Shown here piece after piece: positions 41,763-50,124 of a stretch of 64,000 nt of DNA. Position 1 is the stretch's first letter, and each line of letters starts with the position of its first letter. This stretch comes from an uncultured Candidatus Entotheonella sp. (GTDB lineage Bacteria; Tectomicrobia; Entotheonellia; Entotheonellales; Entotheonellaceae), in the NCBI GenBank assembly GCA_965217185.1, contig OZ244252.1, positions 1,312,001-1,376,000 of the forward strand, in the 5' to 3' direction. The notes under the pieces are model-generated. The model saw only the letters and a list, made by a program, of their open reading frames with translations, was not told where the DNA came from and ran no database searches. Made by a program: the position numbers and the translations under genes.

Positions 41763-42800
41763 TCAGGCAGCGTGCTCATGTGTCCAATCCCGCACGGCCT
41801 TCGGGATCTCCAGCAGGTTTTCCAGCTTGGTGGCCAGGGGGATGGCGCACTCGGGGGCAATCAGGTTTACCCCGGCGTCCAGGCAGCGATAGACCTCCTG
41901 GCGCACCTCCTCGGGTCCGCGGGCGTAAAGCGTTTCGGGATTGTTGATGTTGCCCACCAGGGCGATGCGGCCATCGACGATGTCCATCGCCTGCTGCGGG
42001 TCGTTCTTGGAATCGAAGTGAAAGGCCGCCATGCCGGTGCGGGCGATGTAGTCCATGCGATCCAGCGTGTTGCCGCAGATGTGCAGGATCAGCGGTACTT
42101 TCAGGCGCTCGACCATTTCCTGGTGAAGCTCCAGCAGGAAGCGTTCGTAATACTCACCGCTGACCAAGTCGCCGGTGGCGTGATCGGGAAAGGTCAGCGC
42201 GTCGGCGCCGGCTTCGATTTGCGCCTCCCCGAACAGCACCGATATTTCTTTCAACTTGTGCAGGCAGAGCATGGTCGCGTCCGGATCGTCAACGGTCATC
42301 AGCAAAAAATGCTCGACTCCAAACACGTGGTAGGCCAGCGTCCACGGCCCCATGGTCTTGCCGATGATGGCCACCTCGTCGCCGAATTCCTGCTTGAGCA
42401 TGCGAAGCGATCCCGTGATGGCGACGTTGTCACGGTGGTTCAGAAATCCGGCGGGCACGCGAATATCGTCCAGACCCTTCCAGACGGGATTGCTCATGCG
42501 CACGGTGGGCCAGTTGTCCTTCTCCTCCCACTGCATCTCGCAACCAAGGGCCGACGACTCCTGGATGATGGTGAAATACGGCATGATGGAGTCGAAGCCC
42601 AGCTCCGTGTAACCGGTGGCCGCCAGGCGAGCCGCCAGTTCCGGGTCGCGGCACGCTTCGGGAAACGGCGCGTCCATCATGTCCATCAACTCCACCGTCG
42701 CCACATTGGTGGGATTGGAAACCGGCGTGCGGTCAACGGGTTTACCGTTCAGGGCGTTCATCACCCGCTCACGGGGAGTCATGGTCTCTTGGAATGGCAT
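41763..42800 (-). CDS. MtaA/CmuA-family Zn methyltransferase (URO-D fold)
   Basis: MTPRERV; GPWTLA; Zn ligands ILHICG and APECAIP; GNINNP. Confidence 0.88.
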   Translation of the reverse strand: MPFQETMTPRERVMNALNGKPVDRTPVSNPTNVATVELMDMMDAPFPEACRDPELAARLAATGYTELGFDSIMPYFTIIQESSALGCEMQWEEKDNWPTVRMSNPVWKGLDDIRVPAGFLNHRDNVAITGSLRMLKQEFGDEVAIIGKTMGPWTLAYHVFGVEHFLLMTVDDPDATMLCLHKLKEISVLFGEAQIEAGADALTFPDHATGDLVSGEYYERFLLELHQEMVERLKVPLILHICGNTLDRMDYIARTGMAAFHFDSKNDPQQAMDIVDGRIALVGNINNPETLYARGPEEVRQEVYRCLDAGVNLIAPECAIPLATKLENLLEIPKAVRDWTHEHAA

Positions 42801-42845
42801 GTCGGCGCCTCCTCTGGGCAGGGAATCGAGTGCGGGAAAAAGTAA

Positions 42846-43526
42846 CTACGTGGCCGAAAAGCCAAGAGTTCCGGTGGTCATCTGGCCGCGCAGGGCCTCG
42901 GCGGCCATCATGCCCTCAACGCTGGATATGTTACGGGAATACGGCAACAGCAACCGGGCCAACTCGTCGTGGCGTGCGCCGCAGGGGAACATGACCTGCG
43001 TGTCGCTGACCTTGTTCATCCCGCCGTAGCGCATGAAACCGGCGACCACCATGCGCAGCCGCACCATCGGGTTCGGCGCCTCGCCCTCACCGGAAACCCC
43101 GTACAGCCACTTGCCGTCCTGCTCCTCACCGGCAATCTTGAGCAGCAGCGGCGATTTCGAGTCCTTGATCGACATCTCGCCCTGCGGCGGCGCGAAATCC
43201 GGCGCCTTGCCAACCGCCTGGTTGAGCAAGAACCTGACCGGCCTGATGTGCAACTGGCCGCACGACGGTATGGCCTGGTTGTAGGTGCTCTCAACTGGCT
43301 TCATGCCGCCGAGGACGACGAACTGATCGCGGATTTTCTCGATGCGCGCCTCCACGCCGGGCTTGCGGCTGAAGGTCCAGATGGTGAAGACGCCATCCTT
43401 GACGTACAAGCCGACGCTGATGTCGCCGAAATTCGGGTCCATCGGGACGAGTTCCAGGCATTTGCCGTATTGTTCAAGAACGTCGGCAACGCGCGGTTTC
43501 GACGCAGCCTTTGCTTCAGCCATCAT
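42846..43526 (-). CDS. Hypothetical protein with a duplicated GGM...CGxxH module
   Basis: Intact ORF coupled to the upstream gene; motifs SCGQLH and PCGARH. Confidence 0.75.
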   Translation of the reverse strand: MMAEAKAASKPRVADVLEQYGKCLELVPMDPNFGDISVGLYVKDGVFTIWTFSRKPGVEARIEKIRDQFVVLGGMKPVESTYNQAIPSCGQLHIRPVRFLLNQAVGKAPDFAPPQGEMSIKDSKSPLLLKIAGEEQDGKWLYGVSGEGEAPNPMVRLRMVVAGFMRYGGMNKVSDTQVMFPCGARHDELARLLLPYSRNISSVEGMMAAEALRGQMTTGTLGFSAT

Positions 43527-44431
43527 GTCTTCCTTCTGAGAGTCTCAACGAGCGTGCGGATATGATCGGGCGCCGTGCCGCAGCAGCCGCCCACGATGTT
43601 GACGCCCACGTCACGCACCAGCGTTTCAAAGCGTTCGGCCATGTAAGCCGGGGTTTCGGGATAGACGATCTGGCCGCCCTTGATCGCCGGGATGCCGGCG
43701 TTGGAATGGATGAGCAGATAGCCGTCGGTGGCTGCCCGCAACTCACGCGCCAACTCGACCATCACGTCAATACCGTTGCCGCAATTGGCCCCGACGATGT
43801 CGGCGCCAGCGCCTTCCAATTCCTTGACCCCCCGCTCCGGCGTCACCCCCATCATGGTGAAAAAGCCGCGCGGCCCTTTGTCGAACGTCATGGTGGCAAT
43901 CACGGTGAGGTTGGTATGCTCGCGCGCGGCCTTGATGGCCAGGGCAGATTCCTCCACGGCAGTCATGGTCTCGATGACGACGCCGTCGGCCCCACCCTCT
44001 TCCAAGGCGGTAATCTGCTCGACGAAGGCGTCGTACATTTCTGCCTCGCTGACCTCGCCCAGCGGCTCCAGGAACTCGCCGGTCGGCCCCACGGAGCCGA
44101 TCACGTAGCATCCCGCCGGCCTTTGGCTGCGGGCGTGTTCTGCCGCCAAGCGGTCGAACTCGCGGACGCGGTCCCCGAAACCGTATTTCTTCTGCATGAA
44201 CTTGCTGCCGCCGAAAGAATTGGTCAGCACCATGTCGGAGCCGGCATCGAAGTACGCCTTCGCCATGCCCTTGACGACATCCGAGTGCGTGGCGTTGAAC
44301 TCCTCCGGGCAACCGCCCGGCTCCAGCCCGTGTTGCTGCAGGTAGGTCCCGGTGGCGCCGTCCGAAATAAGGAAACCACCCTGCGCCAAGCGTTCCGGGA
44401 TGGTCAGCGGTGCGGTATCGGTTTCGGGCAT
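43523..44431 (-). CDS. Homocysteine S-methyltransferase domain protein (stand-alone MetH module)
   Basis: DGATGT; TNSFGG; GSVGPTG; GANCG; NAGIP; GGCCGT Zn ligands. Confidence 0.92.
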   Translation of the reverse strand: MPETDTAPLTIPERLAQGGFLISDGATGTYLQQHGLEPGGCPEEFNATHSDVVKGMAKAYFDAGSDMVLTNSFGGSKFMQKKYGFGDRVREFDRLAAEHARSQRPAGCYVIGSVGPTGEFLEPLGEVSEAEMYDAFVEQITALEEGGADGVVIETMTAVEESALAIKAAREHTNLTVIATMTFDKGPRGFFTMMGVTPERGVKELEGAGADIVGANCGNGIDVMVELARELRAATDGYLLIHSNAGIPAIKGGQIVYPETPAYMAERFETLVRDVGVNIVGGCCGTAPDHIRTLVETLRRKT

Positions 44432-44452
44432 ATCCAATTTCTCCGCAAGTTC

Positions 44453-44791
44453 CTATTCAATCCAGTGGTCGGCGGCGCCCGGACGCGGGTCGCGCTGGCC
44501 AGCTGAATTCAAATCGCGTATACGGGCCGTAAAATCCTGGGGGAAACCGTTGTTGTAACGCTTCGCTACCGCTGCGGCGGCCTCTTCCGCACTGCCTTCA
44601 ACTTCTGTCTCGCTACCCCACTCCCAGGCCATCAGGTAGTCGTCGCTGCCGCTGCTGCCGTCGAACATCGAAATGGCGTCGACGCCCTGCTGAAAGCGCT
44701 CGTGCAGTGGTTTGGAGACCTGGCCGTCGTCGTCTTCGGCCTGGACTTGCACCGGGACTTCTTTCCAATACATCACGCGCACGGTTGCCAC
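44453..44791 (-). CDS. 'Virulence factor' domain protein of the kind associated with modular methionine synthase clusters
   Basis: YWKEVPVQV...L.ERFQQGVDAISM...DDYLMAW. Confidence 0.7.
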   Translation of the reverse strand: MATVRVMYWKEVPVQVQAEDDDGQVSKPLHERFQQGVDAISMFDGSSGSDDYLMAWEWGSETEVEGSAEEAAAAVAKRYNNGFPQDFTARIRDLNSAGQRDPRPGAADHWIE

Positions 44792-45024
44792 GGGTTCCCC
44801 ACGTTTCCCTATCGTTCAAGTGGTGCCTAGAATACATGATAACCGGCACCCTGCAAAGCCCCCGCCACGCACGAGAGCCGGGGTATAATCCCCAAAGCGC
44901 CATTCCGGGCTTAACCCCGGATCAAGTCCGGGTGACGTTCTTTCGCCGGGAGTGACGGCCTGGGGACTTACTTCCAATACCTTTTATGTGGGCAGCAAGC
45001 CCCAGGTGATTCCTGGCCATCAGC

Positions 45025-48000
45025 ATGAAAGGCTTACGTTCAACCATGCCACAGACCCGACCGGAGCACCCACTTCACAGAGCCCTGCAAACGTTGGCCA
45101 GCACGGTGACGGCCAAAATGGCGCAGGTGACCACGGGCTCACCGGAAGACCAGCTACGCGCCCCGTTCGAGACCTTCATGGCCGCTGCCGCCCAGACATT
45201 AGGCTGGAACGTCGTCTGCACGGGTGAAACACCCCTGCCCGACCGCCTCGGGCGCCCGGATTACGCCGTGCATCTCAACCAACTGCTGGCTGGATACGTC
45301 GAGATCAAGGCGCCCGGCGTTGGTGCCACCGCCAGCCGGTTCAAGGGCCATAACCGCGACCAGTTCAAGCGCTTCTCGGCCATCCCGAACATTCTCTACA
45401 CCGACGGCAACGAATGGGCGCTCTACCGAGACGGCAAACCTGTGGACCGGGTCGTGCGTCTGTCGGGCGACGTTGCCGCCGACGGCAGCCAGGCGACCAC
45501 GCTTCAGGACGCGCACGCCGTCGAACGCCTGTTGCGCGATTTTCTCTCGTGGCAGCCGTTCGTCCCCACCGACCGAACGGGCAAAATTGATCTCAAGGGC
45601 TTTGCCGCACTGCTCGCCCCCCTGTGTCGCATGCTGCGTGACGACGTGACCGATGCCCTCAAGCGGCCGGCTTCGCCCCTGGTGCAACTGGCGCGGGACT
45701 GGCGGCAGCTCCTCTTTCCCGACGCATCCGACGATCAGTTTGCCGACGCCTACGCCCAGACCGTGACCTTTGCGTTGCTGCTGGGTCGCAGCGAAGACAC
45801 CGCCGATACGTTTACGCTCGAAAGCGCCGAGGCTGCGCTCGCCGCCCAGCACAACCTGCTGGCGCGCGCCCTGCAAGTTCTGACGGACCCCAATGCCCGC
45901 GCCGACATCGCCGCGTCCCTCGATCTGCTGCTGCGCGTCATCGCGGTGGTGCCGCCCGCCGCGCTGACGGCTCCCGGCGATGACCCCTGGCTCTATTTCT
46001 ACGAGGATTTCCTGGCCGTTTATGATCCCAAGCTGCGTAAGGACGCCGGCGTCTACTACACTCCGGTCGAGGTGGTACGCGCCCAGGTGCGCCTGATCGA
46101 TGACCTGCTCGTTCATCGCCTGGGTAAACCGCTGGGTTTCGCCGACCCTGGTGTCGTCACCCTTGATCCGGCGGTTGGCACCGGGACCTATCTGCTCGGC
46201 GTTATCGAGCACGCCCTCGCCCGCGTTGAGGCCGAGCAGGGCGCGGGCGCTGTGGCGGGCCAAGCCACCGCGCTGGCTGATAACGTGTATGGATTCGAGC
46301 TGATGGTCGGCGCTTACTCGGTGGCGGAACTGCGCGTCAGCCGCGCTCTGCGCGACCGCGGCGCGCAACTGCCCGCGGACGGCACGCACGTTTACCTGAC
46401 TGACACCCTCGAAAGCCCGCACGCCGAAACGCCGCAACTGCCGCTGTTCCTGCACCCCATCGCGGCGCAGCACGCCCGCGCGCTCGAAGTGAAAAGCACC
46501 GTGCCGGTCATCGTCTGCCTGGGCAATCCGCCCTATGACCGGCACGAAGCCGCCACCGGTGACAACAAGGCCCGCACCGGCGGCTGGGTGCGCTGGGGCG
46601 ACGACGGCGAGCCCGCCATTTTTCACGATTTCCTCGCCCCGGTTGTCGCTGCCGGGCACGGCGGCCACCTCAAGAATCTCTACAACCTGTATGTCTACTT
46701 CTGGCGCTGGGCGTTGTGGAAGGTCTTTGAGCATCAGACGGCGCACGGGCCGGGCGTGATCAGTTTCATCAGCGCGTCGAGCTATCTCGACGGCGACGCC
46801 TTCGGCGGCATGCGCGAGCACCTGCGGCGGCAGTGCGACGACGTCTGGATCCTCGACCTCGGCGGCGAGGGACGCGGCGCCCGCAGGAGCGACAACGTGT
46901 TTGCCATCCAGACGCCCGTCGCCATCGCCGTGGCCGTGCGTGCGGAGGCGGCGAAGCGGGACATACCCGCCGCGGTTCGCTATGCCCGCATCGAAGGAAC
47001 GCGCGATGAAAAACTTGCCGCCCTCGACGCCATCACCCGTTTTTCGGCGGTTGCCTGGCAGGACTGCCCGGCTGACTGGCAGGCTCCTTTCCGTCCGGCT
47101 GGCCGGGGTGCTTATTTCGATTGGCCGTTGTTGACCGATTTGATGCCGTGGCAGCATTCGGGCGTCCAATTGAAGCGGACCTGGCCGATTGCGCCGGATG
47201 CAGAAACCCTGGAGCGCCGTTGGCATGGCCTGCTGAATGCTGAGGATAGGTCCACGGCATTTCGTGGAACGGGCGACCGCGAGGTTCATGGCACCTATGA
47301 CGTCGCCTTGATAAGGGCGAATGACTCGACCCCGATTTCCAATCTGCCGAGTGACGCGCCCATACCGGAGGTGCAGCGTTACGCTTATCGCTCCTTTGAC
47401 CGCCACTGCATCATTGTGGACGGTCGTTTGATGTCCCGCCCGCGTCCCGACCTCTGGCGGGCTCACAGCGAGCGACAGGTGTATGTGACAAGCCTGTTGA
47501 CCAAATTTCTTGGGGCTGGACCGGCGCTTACAGCCTGCGCAGTCACCCCCGACTTAGACCATTTCTCAGGCCGCGGCGCAAAGGACACGATTCCCCTCTA
47601 CCGCACCGCCGACGCATCACAGGCGAATATCCTGCCCGGTCTGCTCGATATCCTTGGCACGGCATTTCAGTGCCACGTCACCCCCGAAGATTTTCTGGCC
47701 TATGTCTACGGTGCGCTGGCGCAGCCGGCCTTCACGGCGTGTTTCGCTGGTGAGTTGGAGACGCGGGATCTGCGCGTGCCCATCACCAAGGACGCCGCGC
47801 TGTTCGAGCAAGTCCGCGCCGTCGGCGCCCGGCTGCTCTGGCTGCACACCTACGGCGAACGGTTCGTACCCGAGGACGGGCAGCGGGGCCGCGTGCCGTC
47901 CGGTGCAGCGCGATGCATCCAGGCTGTTCCCGGCGACGCCGACAGTTACCCCGACACGTTTACCTACGCCGCCGCGACCCGTACGCTCCACGTCGGCGAT

Positions 48001-48351
48001 GGCGCGTTCGCCCCCGTTGAACCCGAAATTTACGAGTTCGAGGTTTCGGGCCTCAAGGTCGTGCAATCGTGGCTCAAGTACCGCATGAAGCATGGAGCCG
48101 GGCGCAAGTCATCGCCCCTGGACGATATCCGACCGGCGCGCTGGACCAGCGCGTTCACCACCGAATTGCTGGAATTGCTGTGGGTACTGGAGGCAACCGT
48201 GGCGGGCTATCCTGAACAGGAGAATCTGTTCAAGACCGTTGTCGAAGGTGTTTGTTTCCAGGCCGACGACCTGCCGCCCGTCCCGGACGACAGGCGCAAG
48301 CCGCCGCGAGCGCGTCCTTTTGGGGACGATCTGTTTGGCTTGCATGGCTGA
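45025..48351 (+). CDS. Fused restriction-modification enzyme (type IIG/ISP-like; nuclease, N6-adenine MTase and specificity domain, no helicase)
   Basis: PD...EIK nuclease motif; GVYYTP; DPAVGTGTY; GNPPY; YAYRSFD and GLKVVQSWLKYR of the ISP C-terminal type. Confidence 0.88.
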   Translation: MKGLRSTMPQTRPEHPLHRALQTLASTVTAKMAQVTTGSPEDQLRAPFETFMAAAAQTLGWNVVCTGETPLPDRLGRPDYAVHLNQLLAGYVEIKAPGVGATASRFKGHNRDQFKRFSAIPNILYTDGNEWALYRDGKPVDRVVRLSGDVAADGSQATTLQDAHAVERLLRDFLSWQPFVPTDRTGKIDLKGFAALLAPLCRMLRDDVTDALKRPASPLVQLARDWRQLLFPDASDDQFADAYAQTVTFALLLGRSEDTADTFTLESAEAALAAQHNLLARALQVLTDPNARADIAASLDLLLRVIAVVPPAALTAPGDDPWLYFYEDFLAVYDPKLRKDAGVYYTPVEVVRAQVRLIDDLLVHRLGKPLGFADPGVVTLDPAVGTGTYLLGVIEHALARVEAEQGAGAVAGQATALADNVYGFELMVGAYSVAELRVSRALRDRGAQLPADGTHVYLTDTLESPHAETPQLPLFLHPIAAQHARALEVKSTVPVIVCLGNPPYDRHEAATGDNKARTGGWVRWGDDGEPAIFHDFLAPVVAAGHGGHLKNLYNLYVYFWRWALWKVFEHQTAHGPGVISFISASSYLDGDAFGGMREHLRRQCDDVWILDLGGEGRGARRSDNVFAIQTPVAIAVAVRAEAAKRDIPAAVRYARIEGTRDEKLAALDAITRFSAVAWQDCPADWQAPFRPAGRGAYFDWPLLTDLMPWQHSGVQLKRTWPIAPDAETLERRWHGLLNAEDRSTAFRGTGDREVHGTYDVALIRANDSTPISNLPSDAPIPEVQRYAYRSFDRHCIIVDGRLMSRPRPDLWRAHSERQVYVTSLLTKFLGAGPALTACAVTPDLDHFSGRGAKDTIPLYRTADASQANILPGLLDILGTAFQCHVTPEDFLAYVYGALAQPAFTACFAGELETRDLRVPITKDAALFEQVRAVGARLLWLHTYGERFVPEDGQRGRVPSGAARCIQAVPGDADSYPDTFTYAAATRTLHVGDGAFAPVEPEIYEFEVSGLKVVQSWLKYRMKHGAGRKSSPLDDIRPARWTSAFTTELLELLWVLEATVAGYPEQENLFKTVVEGVCFQADDLPPVPDDRRKPPRARPFGDDLFGLHG

Positions 48352-48408
48352 GGTGGACTCGGACCCGAAAACACACGAATTCTGTCCAGACCTATCGGAA
48401 TCCCCGAG

Positions 48409-48823
48409 TTCAAGAGCGCTCTATGGCTGGCGCCAAGGTTGGAATCATTTGGCGACCGTTCTTGCGGTAGCCAGAGTGAAGATAACTCCTTCCGTATACC
48501 GTTCCGCCATCCGCACAAGGCAGGCGTCCGCGAAGGACATGGGAACGTCCTGGTATTTCTTCAATAGCCGAGCAGCAGCGTCGGTTTCTTCAAGCAAGTG
48601 AAACGACAAGTCTCAGGATGCCGCGCTGTATCAAGTCCATCACGGTTGCCTGCCCTCCCGTAAAGCGTCGGACCAGAAAACAGGCCTCGGCCAGGACGGC
48701 TTCGCAGGTAAACAGCGGCGGCGCAATTTGCGCCCATTGATCCCTTGCCCACTGATGATGCCGGTCGCCTCGATTCAATAGGGTAACCAATGGACCGGTA
48801 TCAAGTATGACGTGGCGTATCAC
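48409..48823 (-). pseudogene. vapC: VapC-like PIN toxin, disrupted
   Basis: ILDTGPL...CEAVLAEA; +1 frameshift near 48610, then KYQDVPMSFADACLVRMAE; apparent deletion after FTL, then YRKNGRQMIP in another frame. Confidence 0.8.
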
Positions 48824-49065
48824 CGCCCGAAATCCCTCAGATAGTCCTTGTTTACGGACAAGTCCTCTGGGCCGGACAGCACGCCTACGAGATCGGCCGC
48901 CCGAGACAGCGCAGACTCATGGTGTTCGGCTCCATCCGTTTGCAAATATGCCTCCAGGGCATTTCGAATCAGCACAGACTTGCTCACACCTTTTTGTCGT
49001 GCGGCATCTTCAAGCCTGATGGCAAGTGTTTCGGGAATCTTCAGCGATATCGTATTCATTAACAC
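48820..49065 (-). CDS. vapB: Ribbon-helix-helix (CopG-type) antitoxin
   Basis: TISLKIPETL...GVSKSVLIRNALEAYL; GPEDLS; overlaps the toxin start. Confidence 0.8.
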   Translation of the reverse strand: MLMNTISLKIPETLAIRLEDAARQKGVSKSVLIRNALEAYLQTDGAEHHESALSRAADLVGVLSGPEDLSVNKDYLRDFGR

Positions 49066-49128
49066 CTCAACACCTCAACGATTAGCTACCAAGGTCAAGA
49101 CTTCTGAATTGCGCCAGTATTCGTGTGT

Positions 49129-49232
49129 TTAGAGCGTTTTCGCGCGACTGTATGGGATACTCGCAGCAGGCTGAACAACCCCGAGTACCCGATGCCGCAA
49201 TAAGCCAGACATACGAACGCAAACCGCTCTAA
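49129..49232. mobile_element. MITE-like element, copy 1 (104 bp)
   Basis: Terminal inverted repeats TTAGAGCG(G)TTT / AAACCGCTCTAA; homologous to 57877-57981. Confidence 0.75.
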
Positions 49233-49315
49233 GAGTCTGCTCCTTAAGCCGTGAGTGGCTCTGCTGCCAGACTCCCGCCTCACTCGTGCCTTTGAGTTGG
49301 CGGATAACTTCTGGA

Positions 49316-49620
49316 TCACGCCTCTCCCTGATCCGCGTCGTCTGAAAGGTCGACCGGTCCCTTCACGTCTCCGCTTCGCGGATGCGGCAACCGCGCCCCG
49401 GTGAGCCTGACGATCATCGTCTCCCCACCGTCATTGAGCGAATCGTTGACCAACCAGACGGTCATCCCGCACGTGGTCTCCCCGGGAAAGAAGAACAGCG
49501 TGTACCGCAGTTTCCGAAAGTCCACCCCCTCGGTGGCTGTTCCTTCGTTGGTGGTCTTGAAGTCAACCTCCACTATGTCGTCCCTTGGCGCACAGTGCAC
49601 TCTCCGTGCCGCAAGCCTTA
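49316..49620 (-). pseudogene. Remnant Calx-beta domain fragment
   Basis: VEVDFKTTNEGTATEGVDF...FPGETT...VNDSLNDGGETMIVRL. Confidence 0.6.
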
Positions 49621-50124
49621 GGTTCCAGCGAGTAAGTGGCGCGGCGAGACGCGGTTTCATGCCTGCAACTCGGTGCGATGGGGTGTCATGAGGCATCGGG
49701 AGAGACACTTTTAGACAAAATGCATATATGCCATAGACCATAAATTTTTGTATGCAAGGACTTTGTCTGGTTTATGTTACAGTCTCCTCCCGTCCGGTGG
49801 CGGCTTGGCTGCGGCCACCGCGCCGGGGTTGGAAAACGCAACCCGGGAGGGAAGCAGGGTAATGAGTTCGATTGGTGCGACGTGGTTTGAAGGTTTTGGG
49901 TTGACGGCTGAAGGCGTTGGCCTTGGCCGAACCCCGAAGCCATGACTGCGCCTCGGGCGCGGGACGACAACCACCCGCCTTGCATCATATGTCTTCACGG
50001 CGGGCAAGAACCGTAGCTACACGCGCTCGGGCGACGTGAGGGCAAGCAGCATGCGCATGCACTGCCGGAGCGAGCCGGCAACAACCGAACAACACCTGTA
50101 AACGCCCGCAAAGGAGACTTCAGC

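Noticed and set aside
40918..42800. Methanol:corrinoid mtaABC pathway or a pyrrolysine-containing methylamine methyltransferase
   Set aside because: No MtaB, MttB or MtmB-like gene and no in-frame TAG read-through candidate was seen.
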